A DNA stretch of 64,000 nucleotides from an uncultured Rivularia sp. (GTDB lineage Bacteria; Cyanobacteriota; Cyanobacteriia; Cyanobacteriales; Nostocaceae): assembly GCA_963665115.1 (NCBI GenBank), contig OY762007.1, forward strand, positions 2,464,001-2,528,000. The letters are read 5' to 3'. The notes below the pieces were generated by a model. The model was not told where the DNA came from, made no database searches, and saw nothing but the letters and a program-made list of their open reading frames with translations. Position numbers and translations under genes: made by a program. Position 1 is the stretch's first letter. Each line of letters opens with the position of its first letter. Shown one piece after another: positions 1 to 10,562 of the stretch.

Positions 1-1
1 C

Positions 2-454
2 TGGAGTTTAAACGGAATAGTACAGTCGGTAGTAGAAGAACTGCCATTATCAGCATTTCAAGGCGTACTCAATGAATTGAAACGGCTGAATTCTTTACCT
101 ATGATGACATTGGCAAAAGCAAAGCAAGTAGAAACAGAATGCCTGTATCAAAAACAGCGCTTGTTGTTACGTTTGCGAGTGATGCCAGGAATGCACGGAG
201 AAGAAGCAACTTTACAAGTATTGCGTGGAGCGGCATTAAAGTTTTACCAGCAACAACAGCTAACCCATATTAGTCGTGACGCTTTGGGAGCTTCTCAACA
301 GTTAAGCTATAAAGTACGCGAACTACAGCGAAGGCTGGCTGTGAATAAACAAGACTTAAGTCCTCAGCAATTAGAGGCTTTGGAATCTTTGGACGGACTT
401 GTCGAAAATTTAGATCGTCATCTAAGAATACTTACAGACATTCCTACCTTATAG
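2..454 (+). CDS. 3' part of a cyanobacterial GspE/PilB-N-terminal-like protein (5' end outside window)
   Basis: The frame is open from base 2 (WSLNGIVQSVVEELPLSAFQGVLNELKR...). 'LRLRVMPGMHGEEATLQVLR' resembles the PilB/GspE 'LRVSTLPT.HGE..VLR.L' segment, but no Walker A follows. Confidence 0.55.
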   Translation, partial: WSLNGIVQSVVEELPLSAFQGVLNELKRLNSLPMMTLAKAKQVETECLYQKQRLLLRLRVMPGMHGEEATLQVLRGAALKFYQQQQLTHISRDALGASQQLSYKVRELQRRLAVNKQDLSPQQLEALESLDGLVENLDRHLRILTDIPTL

Positions 455-656
455 ATAAAGACTCAGTGAAACCGCTGATGAGTATTCGCAAATCATTGTG
501 CTGTAATAGAAGCATTAAACGTTAGCTCTAAGAGTTACGGTTAGATAAATCAAAATTTTACAATCGTAATCTGCTCGCCGATTACGGTTGAAAATGTATG
601 TATCTACATAAACCTTTCTCTATCCAGTTTTTTAATCTATTTGTGGCAGATATTTC

Positions 657-1340
657 ATGCAGACAGAGGTTTTTAGTGAAATTTTCCCCTTAATGAGTAC
701 AGCTAATCCCCAAACTTTGGAATGGCTGCTCAACGTTGCAACAATGCACGAATATCCCGCAGGGCGAGCCGTTTTAATGGAAGATTCCTGGGGTAATGCG
801 GTTTACTTTATTTTGTCGGGTTGGGTGAAAGTACGACGTACCAACAGCGAAGATACTCGCGCTCTAGCGATTTTAGGTAAAGGTGATTTTTTTGGGGAAA
901 TGGCTATTTTAGATGAATCTCCCCGCTCTACCGATGTAATTGCTCTTTCCCCAGTCGAGTTGATTAGCGTATCTAGGGAAAGCTTTATTCAAATATTATT
1001 TAAAGATTCCCAGCTACACCACAGAATGCTGCAATTGATGGTAAAACGGATGCGTTACGTTAATTTACGTCTGCAAATGCGAGCAGCACCGCCAGCTGTC
1101 AAGCTATCTCATACTTTGGTTACTTTGGGAGAGAGTTACGGTGAAGCAGCTGAAAAAGGAAAAGATATTTACAATATTCCTTTTCAAGATTTAGCTGACG
1201 TTACCGACATCGGAATAGAAGAAACTACCCAAATTATGGAAAAGTTACATGAAAAAGCTTGGGTTAACATCAATACCGCTCAAGATATGATTCATCTACT
1301 TAATTTCAAGCAATTGGTCAATTTAGCTGGCAGAATTTGA
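657..1340 (+). CDS. Crp/Fnr family transcriptional regulator (cNMP-binding domain + HTH)
   Basis: cNMP-binding motif 'GDFFGEMAILDESPRSTDV'; C-terminal HTH-like 'QDLADVTDIGIEETTQIMEKL'. Confidence 0.85.
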   Translation: MQTEVFSEIFPLMSTANPQTLEWLLNVATMHEYPAGRAVLMEDSWGNAVYFILSGWVKVRRTNSEDTRALAILGKGDFFGEMAILDESPRSTDVIALSPVELISVSRESFIQILFKDSQLHHRMLQLMVKRMRYVNLRLQMRAAPPAVKLSHTLVTLGESYGEAAEKGKDIYNIPFQDLADVTDIGIEETTQIMEKLHEKAWVNINTAQDMIHLLNFKQLVNLAGRI

Positions 1341-1374
1341 GTGAGAGGGAGTAGGGAATAGAGAGTAGTGTTTG

Positions 1375-1405
1375 TAAACCCGGTTTTTTGGAAAAACCGG
1401 GTTTA
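1375..1405. terminator. Stem-loop downstream of the Crp gene, possible terminator
   Basis: TAAACCCGGTTTTT-TGG-AAAAACCGGGTTTA, a perfect 14-bp stem about 35 bp after the stop codon. Confidence 0.5.
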
Positions 1406-1538
1406 TAATTATTTGTTCTACGTACCGCGATTTATCGCTTTTATCTTAGCTGGTGTTTTATTTGAGTAACAGCAAAAGTCTATCAAGCTATAAGTTGTAA
1501 GTTAGATTAAGAATCCTCGATCGATAATTCCAAAAAAT

Positions 1539-3303
1539 ATGACCGAATTAACTGCTCCTCCCACCCAAAATTCTGCAAAGTCTACCAGAGCAACAATTAA
1601 TTACCAAGTTGCAATGCCTCATCCTCAAACGCATCTGTTTGAGGTAACTTTACATTTAGAAGATTATTCGTTATCTACTTTAGATTTGAAAATGCCCGTC
1701 TGGACTCCCGGTTTCTTACTTAGTACGGGAATATGCCAAGCATTTACAAGATTTGTCTGCCATAAGTAGCGATAAAGCTTTAACTTGGCGCAAAATTGGT
1801 AAAAATTATTGGCAAATAGATACAGATGGAATTTCACAAGTAACTGTTAAATACCGTATTTTCGCAAATGAATTAAGCGTGCGAACAAATCATTTAGATG
1901 CAACCCACGGTTATTTTAATGGAGCGGCAATATTTTTCAGAATACCTGAATTTGATAAGCAACCGATTCACATTAATATTCAAACACCACCTCAATGGCA
2001 AGTCACCACAACATTACCAGTAGTTGAAAAACAAAAAAATACTTTTGTCGCTGCGGATTTCGATACTCTTGTAGATAGTCCTTTTGAAGTCGGTACCCAT
2101 CAGCTACATGACTTTGAAGTTAGAGGGAAACCCCATCAGTTAGCGATTTGGGGAAAAGGTAACGTTAAAGTCGAGCCGTTAATCGAAGATATTAAGAAAA
2201 TCATCGAAGTAGAAGCAAATATGTTCGAGGGTTTACCTTACGAAAAATATCTATTTCTGCTCCACTTATCCGCGCAATCCTTCGGTGGATTAGAACATAA
2301 AGATTCTTGTTCCTTAATATACAAGCGGTTTGGATTTGGCGATCGCGATCAATACGAACGTTTCATGCAGTTGGTAGCTCACGAATTTTTCCACCTATGG
2401 AATGTGAAGCGGATTCGTCCCAAAGAATTGGAAGTTTTCGATTACGATGGAGAAAACTATACACCTTCTCTATGGTTTTGCGAGGGAACCACAAGTTACT
2501 ATGACTTATTAATTCCTTTGAAAGCAGGAATTTATGATGTTAGTTCATACTTAAATAATTTAAGCAAAGAAATCAGTCGATATCAAACCACACCCGGACG
2601 TAAAATACAGCCAGTTTCCGAATCAAGTTTTGATGCTTGGATTAAACTTTATCGTCAAGATGCTAACAGTCCAAATTCACAAATCTCCTATTATTTAAAA
2701 GGAGAAATGATTACCTTGTTGTTAGATTTAATGATTCGTTCCCGTCATAAAAATCAGCGTTCTCTTGACGACGTGATGCTCAAATTATGGCAGCAATTTG
2801 GTAAAGATGAAATTGGTTATACTGCCGACGAATTAAAGCAAATTATCGAATCAGTAGCAGGCACCGATTTAACAGACTTCTTCGATCGTTATATTCACGG
2901 TAGAGAAGAATTACCTTTTAACGAATATCTCGAACCCTTTGGTTTAGAATTAGCTGTAGATACAACCGAAGAGCCATTTTTGGGAATAAAAGTAGTTAGT
3001 AACAATGCAAAAGAATCAATCAAATTTGTAGAATCAGATTCTCCCGCCCAAATTGCTGGAATAGACGCAGGAGATGAATTACTAGCAATTGATGGGATTA
3101 AAGTAACCGGAAAACAATTAAGCGAAAGATTAAAAGATTATCAACCACGAGATACCGTTGAAATTACCGTATTTCATCAAGATGAACTGCGTAATTATAG
3201 CGTTACATTGGATGAACCTCGTGCAAATAAATACGAAGTAGTCCCAGTAGAAAATCCTTCTGCCGTTCAGAAAGAGAATTTTACGAAGTTTTTGAAATTG
3301 TAG
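1539..3303 (+). CDS. M61 family (glycyl) aminopeptidase with C-terminal PDZ domain; apparent +1 frameshift at ~1712-1714
   Basis: 'GGLEH', 'AHEFFHLWN', 'LWFCEGTTSYY' and PDZ-like 'SPAQIAGIDAGDELLAIDG'. Removing one T restores 'WTPGSYLVREY' and joins ORFs 1539 and 1753. Confidence 0.85.
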
Positions 3304-3328
3304 ATTATAACTTGTAACTTGTAATAAC

Positions 3329-3516
3329 TTGTAGGTTGGGTTAGACACGAAAACCAATTTAATTAATCATGAAAATGTTAGTTTATCGTGTCGTAACCCA
3401 ACATGATGATTGCTGATGAATATTATCAAATACCTATACGTAATATTGGGTTACGGTTCAAGTGTAAGTTATTCGTTAGAATTTATATTTGCTTGTGAAT
3501 CTAACCCAACCTACAA
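3329..3516. mobile_element. ~185-bp non-autonomous REPIN/MITE-like element, copy 1
   Basis: Terminal inverted repeats TTGTAGGTTGGGTTAG...CTAACCCAACCTACAA and an internal inverted pair CGTAACCCAA...TTGGGTTACG. Confidence 0.75.
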
Positions 3517-3517
3517 A

Positions 3518-3754
3518 CTATATTATTTTAGAAAATACAAATAAAGTACCGCTATCATTTCGTCCAAATAGAATATCATCATCTATATAACTTATTCTCC
3601 ATAACTTTTCATTATTAAAAAAATCGAAAAGAGGAATTTTCAGTCCGGGTAACATCAAAGGTAGAAGAGGTCTAGTTAATTCAAATCCAAAAGTTTTCAA
3701 TTTTACTAACACAGTGTTGTCATCAAGAAAATTCCAAACACTTTCAAGTTCCAT
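3518..3754 (-). pseudogene. Possible PAP/fibrillin-like C-terminal fragment
   Basis: 'WRISYIDDDILFGRNDSGTLFVFSK' resembles the fibrillin C-terminus. An in-frame stop just upstream prevents a full-length ORF. Confidence 0.4.
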
Positions 3755-3970
3755 TTTCCATTCTGCAAAAGCAGCTACCTCAATAATTTGTTAAAGATTA
3801 TTTGGGTATGCTAAATCTTGAAAAATTATATTTTTATAATACCCATATTAAACAAAAAAATAACATAATCCAACGTAAAAGCTCTGCTTTCAAATTATAT
3901 GGAAGGCAGAGCCTTCTATTATGGATTCCCAGCCGGAGACTGTGAACCAGTTGGGTTCCCAAAATTTCAA

Positions 3971-4843
3971 TCACATAAAAAGCTTCGCAACACCAGTAAT
4001 ATTATCGCTACCATATCCTTTATCTCGCGCATCCAAATAAACCCGATAAATCGCTTCTGATATTGGACTTGCTGCTTCAACATCCGCAGCAGTTTGCATT
4101 ACATAGCGAAAATCTTTCTCTACTAAATCAATCGGAAACATCGGCGCATGATTACCTTTCAATATCAAACTTGCTGCATTATTTGCCGCTGGGCTAGTTA
4201 CGGGTAATTCACTTAAACATTGAATTGCTTTTTCCAATTCTAAACCGTTTTTCGTTAACATTCCGATAATTTCAGCAAATGCAGCAACTTGAATACCAAA
4301 CATTGCATTAACTGCTAATTTCATTGCCATTCCCTCACCGATATCTCCCACATGATTGATTTTTCCACCACCTGCGGATAACAGAATATTTTCGGCTTTG
4401 CTCAAGATTTCGGCTTTTCCACCTACTAGATAAATTAGATTCCCGCTATCTGCTTGGGGGCGAGTACCAACTACGGGAGCATCAAGAAAGGCTATTTCAC
4501 GATTTGTAATTTCTGCTGCTAATTCTTTTACCCAATTAACTGTTAACGTACTTGATTCAATGGCAACTGCACCTTTACGCATCCCCAACAACGCACCCAT
4601 TTCCGAATTTAACCAAACTGCTCGCGATGCATTGGTATCCGTTACCATGCTAATAACAACATCGGCTTCTTTAACTGCAAGTCTTGGTGTAGTTGCGACA
4701 GTTGCGCCTTTTGCTGCTAAAGCTTCTACTGATTTAGGGGAGCGATTCCAAACCGTAACGTTGTAATTTGCTTTTAACAGATTAGCTGCCATGCGGGAAC
4801 CCATCGCACCAAGCCCAAGTACCGTAATGTTTTGCTTATTCAT
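3971..4843 (-). CDS. NAD(P)-dependent oxidoreductase, 3-hydroxyisobutyrate dehydrogenase family
   Basis: 'VLGLGAMGSRMA', 'FLDAPVVG', 'MKLAVN'. ATG at 4843 is preferred over the GTG at 4876. Confidence 0.85.
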   Translation of the reverse strand: MNKQNITVLGLGAMGSRMAANLLKANYNVTVWNRSPKSVEALAAKGATVATTPRLAVKEADVVISMVTDTNASRAVWLNSEMGALLGMRKGAVAIESSTLTVNWVKELAAEITNREIAFLDAPVVGTRPQADSGNLIYLVGGKAEILSKAENILLSAGGGKINHVGDIGEGMAMKLAVNAMFGIQVAAFAEIIGMLTKNGLELEKAIQCLSELPVTSPAANNAASLILKGNHAPMFPIDLVEKDFRYVMQTAADVEAASPISEAIYRVYLDARDKGYGSDNITGVAKLFM

Positions 4844-4954
4844 ATTTTGATAATTTTGATTTGACAGTGAATACACTATATTTGCTGCACTAAAAACAAT
4901 AAATACTAAATTATGAATTAAACTCGTGTAAATTATGCACTAATTAATTGGCTT

Positions 4955-5001
4955 GTAGTAAGGACTTTAGTCCTCGAATTTAGGGCTAAAGCCCTTACTA
5001 C
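4955..5001. repeat. Short GTAG-REP doublet (family also at 11198, 18045, 31750, 38427, 61690)
   Basis: GTAGTAAGGACTTTAGTCCT...AGGGCTAAAGCCCTTACTAC: two hairpins bounded by GTAG/CTAC. Confidence 0.65.
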
Positions 5002-5018
5002 GAACAAAAACTATCAAA

Positions 5019-5916
5019 ATGGATTTATCAGTACTGCAAATTTTTGTGGAAGTGATGCGACACGGTAGTTTTGCCGCAGTCGCACGAGAACGAAATATCG
5101 ATCCATCTTCTGTTTCGCGAATAGTTGCGGGCTTGGAGTCGGAATTGGGTATCAGGTTATTTCAGCGCACCACACGTAAGTTATCTCCAACTGAAGCAGG
5201 GATGACTTATTTTGAAAGAGTTGAACCGCTCATCGAAGAAATGCACCAAGCAGCAGCGGTTGCAAAAGATATTTCTGGAAATCCCAAGGGAACAATCCGC
5301 GTCACGGCTTCGGTTTCTTTTGGGACTCAAGTGTATTGTGCCGTTGTTACCCAGGTTTGAAGCGAAATATCCAGAATTGACGGTAGATTTATTGCTTACA
5401 GATTCGGTTGTAGATTTATTTACCGAAAGAATTGATGTTGCAATTCGTTTAGGACAACTTGCTGATTCGACTTTAATTGCTCAACAATTGATGCACACCA
5501 GTTATTCAGTTTGCGCGAGTCCAGATTATTTACAGCGATGCGGACAACCGCAAATACCGAAAGATATTGAGCAACATAATTGTCTGCTTTTTCCTTTATT
5601 AGGTTTTAGAACCAGATGGATATTTAAAGATAAAACTACGAATATACAGGAAATCCCAGTCAAGGGAGACACAATTATTTCCAACGCGATCGCACTGCAA
5701 CAATGTGCAATTTCAGGAATGGGTTTATCACTGCTTCCCCACTGGTTAATTGATGGAGATGTTCGTAGTGGTAAGTTAGTTAAGCTATTTCCAGATTACG
5801 AAGTTACGGCAACGGATTTTAATACCGCAGCTTGGTTTGTTTACCCCAGTCGTGCTTATATTCCTCTTAAAGTAAAGGTGTTTGTTGAGGACATTACAGC
5901 AGTTTATAATTCGTAG
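5019..5916 (+). CDS. LysR family transcriptional regulator; apparent +1 frameshift at GGG 5322-5324
   Basis: HTH 'GSFAAVARERNIDPSSVSRIVAGLESELGIRLFQRTTR'; substrate domain 'ERIDVAIRLG'. Removing one G gives 'SFGLKCIVPLL'. Divergent from the oxidoreductase gene. Confidence 0.85.
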
Positions 5917-6097
5917 GTTGGGTTAGAGACGAAAGCCAATTTAATTAGCAATAAAAATGTTAATTCATCATGTCGTAACTCGACATCGTGATTGCGGATA
6001 AATATTGTGAAATACCGATAACGTAATGTTGGGTTACGGTTAAAATACAAATTATTTGTTTTGAAATAAATATCTTTGTGAACCTAACCCAATCTAC
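5913..6097. mobile_element. ~185-bp REPIN/MITE-like element, copy 2
   Basis: GTAGGTTGGGTTAGAGACG...CTAACCCAATCTAC; the interior aligns by eye with copies 1 and 3. Confidence 0.75.
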
Positions 6098-6183
6098 AGA
6101 AAGTTTATTTATACTGATGGTAAGGCTTAGTAATAATCAGCCGCATTTAAAAGGTTATAAAAAATAAAATAAAAATAAAAAAC

Positions 6184-6663
6184 ATGAGAAGGAATTTTTA
6201 CACTGCTTTTTTATTAGGGATAGCTATTATCCTCATTAACGAGCTGACTACGTGCGAACCTTACCTTATTTTTAAGGATTATAAGGACTGTATTATATGG
6301 GGTCCGTTTAGGTGGGGAATTACTTTAGAACAAGATTGGGCTATTGAGAAAAATCCTAATGATGCTGCTGCTTTCTATAACCGGGCATCTATTCACGCTG
6401 AATGGGGAAGGAGGGAGAAAGCCATTGCAGATTTCGCTGAGGTGATTAGAATTAACCCCACAGATGCAAATGCTTTCCCTAGTGTTGCTGGTGCCTACTC
6501 CCGGCGAGGGCAGCAATATCATATACTTGGAAACAAGCAGAAAGCACTTGCAGACTATCATAAAGCAGCAGAAATTTGTAAACAAAAAAAGAACTATTTT
6601 TGTTATAAACGTACATTAGATGACATTAAATGGGTTCAGGAGTCATTACCTTCAACACCTTAG
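6184..6663 (+). CDS. Small TPR-repeat protein with N-terminal signal/TM segment
   Basis: 'NPNDAAAFYNRA...AIADFAEVIRINP' and 'AYSRRG...ALADYHKA'; hydrophobic N-terminus. Confidence 0.7.
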   Translation: MRRNFYTAFLLGIAIILINELTTCEPYLIFKDYKDCIIWGPFRWGITLEQDWAIEKNPNDAAAFYNRASIHAEWGRREKAIADFAEVIRINPTDANAFPSVAGAYSRRGQQYHILGNKQKALADYHKAAEICKQKKNYFCYKRTLDDIKWVQESLPSTP

Positions 6664-6666
6664 TTA

Positions 6667-6852
6667 GTAGGTTGGGTTATGCACGAAAACCAATTTAATT
6701 CCCAAAGAGAATGTTAATTAATCGTGTCGTAACTCGACATCGTGATTGCGGATGAATATTGTGAAATACCGATAACGTAATGTTGGGTTACGGTTCAAAT
6801 ATAATTGATTTATTTTTTTTCGATATATCTTTGTAAACCTAACCCAACCTAC
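6667..6852. mobile_element. ~185-bp REPIN/MITE-like element, copy 3
   Basis: GTAGGTTGGGTTATGCACG...CTAACCCAACCTAC; shares TGTCGTAACTCGACATCGTGATTGCGGAT with copy 2. Confidence 0.75.
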
Positions 6853-6931
6853 AAGAATTAATATTTTTTCTTATAAATCTAATTGAATAATTGTGGTACG
6901 GGCATCCCTGCCCGCACTTTAATAAAATTTA

Positions 6932-7669
6932 TCAAGCGTATCTTTTCAAAACCCCCGGCTCTTGCTGCATGGGTAACACATCCAAAGTGTCAATTTGAGA
7001 ACAGTATTTTAAATCATCATTGCAGTCCAAACCTATCAAGCGTTTACCGTGGCTGGCATATTTAAACATTTGCAACAAATCATCTTTCCACTGAGAATAA
7101 AGTGCCATTGCAGCAACTACTTCATCGTTACCCACAACATCATCTATAGATAACTTAGTTTTTTCCAATAGATGATGAGCGATCGCACCAGCGCAAGCAG
7201 TATCTTCAAGAGAATAACTACCTTGCCATCCAGAACCCACCATCCAAACATTTTCCGGTTTATTCTTGGCTAAATATTCGACTACAGACGTGAGATTGAC
7301 AAACGCTCCGGTAATAACCGTTGATGCCTCCTGTATTCTTTGTAAAGCACGTGTACCGTTAGTAGTACTGATAAACAAGCGCTTTCCTTCTACAACTTCC
7401 CGTTTGCAGTCGAGAGGAGAATTCCCTAAATCAAAATTAGGAACCTTTGCACCACCCCTTTCCCCAGCCCGCAAACGTTTGTCAGCAGGAAAATTTTCGC
7501 TGACTTCCACAAGTTGATCCAAGTCGCTGAAAAATTGAACAGCTTCCCCACCGTGAGCTAAAACCGTTGCCATAGTTGTAGTTGCACGCAAGACATCAAC
7601 TGCGATCGCGCATTCTGGCATCCCAGTTGTTGGAGTTTCTTCCGGAGCATGATAGATAAATAATTTCAC
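6932..7669 (-). CDS. comB: 2-phosphosulfolactate phosphatase family protein
   Basis: '[10 protein letters not shown]', 'GERGG', 'FDLGNSP', 'STTNGT', 'SLEDTACAG'. Confidence 0.9.
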   Translation of the reverse strand: MKLFIYHAPEETPTTGMPECAIAVDVLRATTTMATVLAHGGEAVQFFSDLDQLVEVSENFPADKRLRAGERGGAKVPNFDLGNSPLDCKREVVEGKRLFISTTNGTRALQRIQEASTVITGAFVNLTSVVEYLAKNKPENVWMVGSGWQGSYSLEDTACAGAIAHHLLEKTKLSIDDVVGNDEVVAAMALYSQWKDDLLQMFKYASHGKRLIGLDCNDDLKYCSQIDTLDVLPMQQEPGVLKRYA

Positions 7670-7900
7670 GCGCTTGATACACCTACTTTTCTATACTCCC
7701 GAGATTTTAATACGCTGCCGGTGTCAACAGGAAGATGGGGCATGAGCGAGTAGCGAGTAGCGAGTAAAGAGTAAAGAGTAAGAATTTATTCGCAAAAGTA
7801 TGCTTTCGGGTGAGATGAACATGGTTTACCAATAGTTCTGAAGACGTATCTAATATGCTTTTAACAGAAATATATTTTTTCTACTTGCTACTTACTACTT

Positions 7901-8007
7901 ACTCACTACTCACTACTCACTACTCACTACTCACTATTCACTACTCACTACTCACTACTCACTACTCACTACTCACTACTCACTGCTCACTACTCACTAC
8001 TCACTAC
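7901..8007. repeat. STRR-type heptamer tandem repeat (ACTCACT)n
   Basis: About 15 near-perfect tandem heptamers. Other STRR tracts occur at ~9397-9470, 15531-15600, 26123-26155, 27590-27690, 33527-33565, 42748-42795, 48787-48860 and 58410-58530. Confidence 0.85.
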
Positions 8008-8127
8008 TAACTGCTCACTGTTGACTGTTCGCTGTAGTCTGGAAAGAGAACAACTTAAAATAAAATATATTTAGCGTTTAGCTGCACGCAACACTTCTCA
8101 ATCCAAAATCCAAAATCTAAAATCAAA

Positions 8128-8544
8128 ATGGCTCCTCTACCAGATTACCGTCCCAAACAACTTTCTCTCGGTCCGTTGGAAGCGGAAATTCTAAATATTG
8201 TTTGGCAGTTGGGAAAGGCTACGGTAAAAAATGTACACGACCGCATTTTAGCTGATCCCAACCGCGAATTAGCTTATACTTCAGTTACTACCGTGCTGCG
8301 ACGACTAACCGAAAAAGGTTGGCTCGAATGCAATAAACGGGGAAAAGCTTTTTATTGGCAACCGCTGCTAACAAAGCAACAGGCAGAAGTTATTCAAGCA
8401 CACGAACAGTTACAGAAATTTCTTAAGGTAGGAAATCCCGATGTAATTGCGGCTTTTGCAGATAGCCTAGATGAAGCAGATTCTGCCAAAATACAAGCAA
8501 TAGCAAAACGAGTTCAAGCTGCGCGACAAGCGAGGGAGGAATAA
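8128..8544 (+). CDS. BlaI/MecI/CopY family transcriptional regulator
   Basis: 'LGPLEAEILNIVW', 'LAYTSVTTVLRRLTEKGWL', 'GKAFYW'. Confidence 0.9.
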   Translation: MAPLPDYRPKQLSLGPLEAEILNIVWQLGKATVKNVHDRILADPNRELAYTSVTTVLRRLTEKGWLECNKRGKAFYWQPLLTKQQAEVIQAHEQLQKFLKVGNPDVIAAFADSLDEADSAKIQAIAKRVQAARQAREE

Positions 8545-8547
8545 TAA

Positions 8548-9389
8548 ATGCATTTATTGATAATTTTTTTAGCTTTAATAGTTGCCTACACTACAAGATG
8601 TCAATGGACTCAAAACATCGCTAGATGGAATGAACGTTGGCACAAAGCACTATTTTTCTTTTTATTTCCTCCCTTATTGATTTTCACCACAACCTTAGCT
8701 TTAGTGTTTATGGGGGCCCTCAAGGCAGAATGGGAGGCTTGCAAACTGGTTGTTATGGCTATGCGATCGCCTTACTTGCTATTGCCTTTTTTGCAATAAT
8801 GTGCGTCAAACAAGCATGGCAAGGATGGCTATCTGTAAAAGAGACGAGTGACTGTCCGACAATTAATGTGGGGGGAAAACAAGTTCGCTTATTAAATACA
8901 TCAGCATTATTTGCCGGTCAAATTGGCTTTCTAAAACCCGAATTAGTCTTAAGTTCTGGATTATTAAAAACTCTTTCAAGCAATCATTTAGAAACCGTTT
9001 TAGCCCACGAACAAGGACATTATTATTATCGCGATACATTTTGGTTTTTTTGGTTGGGTTGGATGCGAGAATGTACTTCCTGGTTGCCTAATACAGAAGC
9101 TTTATGGCAAGAATTATTAACTTTACGAGAATTGCGAGCCGACGCTCACGCAGTTTCATTTGTAGATCCCTTGTTGCTAGCAGAATCTCTACTAATGGTT
9201 GTTAGCAGTCCCCCGATTACTTCAGAAGTACTTTGTGCAGCATTGGGTTCACCCGGTGCCAACCGTTTAGAAGAAAGAGTAGAAGCCCTCTTATCTCCAC
9301 CGCAACCAACACTAAAAATTCACTTCACCTCTTTGAAATGGCTTGTATGGACTTTTATTCCTTTAGTTAGCATCGCGTTTCATAGTTAA
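8548..9389 (+). CDS. M56/BlaR1-like membrane metallopeptidase; apparent frameshift at GGGGGCCC ~8712-8719
   Basis: 'VLAHEQGH' (HExxH), 'RELRADAHA' and N-terminal TM helices; starts 3 bp after the BlaI-family gene. Confidence 0.85.
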
Positions 9390-9502
9390 TTAAGAATTGG
9401 GGATTGGGGATTGGGGATTGGGCATGGGTAATTGGTAATTGGTAATTGGTAATTGGTAATTGATAATTGATAATTAATTTCTCCCCTTGTCTCCCCATCC
9501 CC

Positions 9503-10444
9503 CTATCTCCCCATCGTTTGATAATACCAACGTCTAAATAACAAAGTGCCTTTATCTGTAGGAACGTTTAATTCTTCTGTTGTATTGGGAATTTCACCAA
9601 CTTGAGATTCAATTACTACTTTATCTTCGATAACAGGTTTGATAAATTCATCAACAATATATCCTTTTGATTTCTCGTTTGTTTCTCCTAACATCAATAT
9701 TGATAAAATATATCGCGTTTGCTGCTCGTTAATTGGTACGCTAAATAAATGTACTCGCACTGGTATTCCCATTTCATCAAACTTTAATACAACTAGATTG
9801 GGTTGATGCCATTCCAATGCAAAACCAGATGGAGTATTATCGAAACGATTAAAAACTTTGATGCTTGTTTCTGTTTGTTCAATTTGATATTCAGCAACAC
9901 TCTTTGCTTCTAAAGCTTTCTTACCAATCGCACCACCAAAAGAGTTACGATGCACGAATGGTAAATGTACAAAATCCATTGCATTTTCAATTACTCGCGT
10001 CCAATGAACATTCCAAATTTCATCATGAACGTAGTAAGATTGTTGGGGTTGTTTCAAACTTTCAGGAATTTGCGGCTCCGATACTTTCTCAAATCCTGTA
10101 AAAACCCATACTAATCCGGCAATAATCTGCGTTGGGAAACTGACAGCAGATAACTTAGATAAATTAATTTCTTTGGGATTGTTGAAAGGAATTTCAGTAC
10201 AGTTTCCATTATTATCAAACTGCCAACCATGATAGGGACATTCCAAACAGCCGTTATCGTTTATTTTACCTAATGAAAGCGCAACTCCTCGATGAGGACA
10301 TTTATCCAAAAGCGCTCCAACTTCACCCGATAAATTACGAAATAAAACTAATTTTTCCCCTGCTAATTTCACCGTAATAGGTGTATTCTTAATTTCTTCC
10401 ACCGATACTACAGGTGTCCAAAAATCCGAAAACATTTCAAACAT
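9503..10444 (-). CDS. Rieske non-heme iron oxygenase (VanA/ring-hydroxylating alpha-subunit-like)
   Basis: Rieske 'CPHRG...CPYHGW'; mononuclear iron site 'ENAMDFVHLPFVH'. Confidence 0.9.
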   Translation of the reverse strand: MFEMFSDFWTPVVSVEEIKNTPITVKLAGEKLVLFRNLSGEVGALLDKCPHRGVALSLGKINDNGCLECPYHGWQFDNNGNCTEIPFNNPKEINLSKLSAVSFPTQIIAGLVWVFTGFEKVSEPQIPESLKQPQQSYYVHDEIWNVHWTRVIENAMDFVHLPFVHRNSFGGAIGKKALEAKSVAEYQIEQTETSIKVFNRFDNTPSGFALEWHQPNLVVLKFDEMGIPVRVHLFSVPINEQQTRYILSILMLGETNEKSKGYIVDEFIKPVIEDKVVIESQVGEIPNTTEELNVPTDKGTLLFRRWYYQTMGR

Positions 10445-10465
10445 AATTTCTCCTTTTATTCTAAC

Positions 10466-10485
10466 TACCTAAAATTAAGTAGGTA
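10466..10485. promoter_or_regulatory. Putative TetR operator TACCTA-N8-TAGGTA upstream of the Rieske gene
   Basis: TACCTAAAATTAAGTAGGTA; the same dyad and spacing recur at 11147-11166. Confidence 0.7.
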
Positions 10486-10562
10486 AATTAATATCTGATG
10501 TAGAGACGTAGCACTGTTACGTCTCCCCAACGTTAAATATCACAGCTAATACATCTCAAAAA

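Noticed and set aside
4926..4940. GTGTAAATTATGCAC, a possible LysR T-N11-A box
   Set aside because: Plausible location, but the motif is too degenerate to support alone.
3329..6852. True integron with attC sites
   Set aside because: No integrase gene is present, and the ends are GTAG/CTAC rather than the RYYYAAC...GTTRRRY attC boxes. Kept only as a cassette-like observation.
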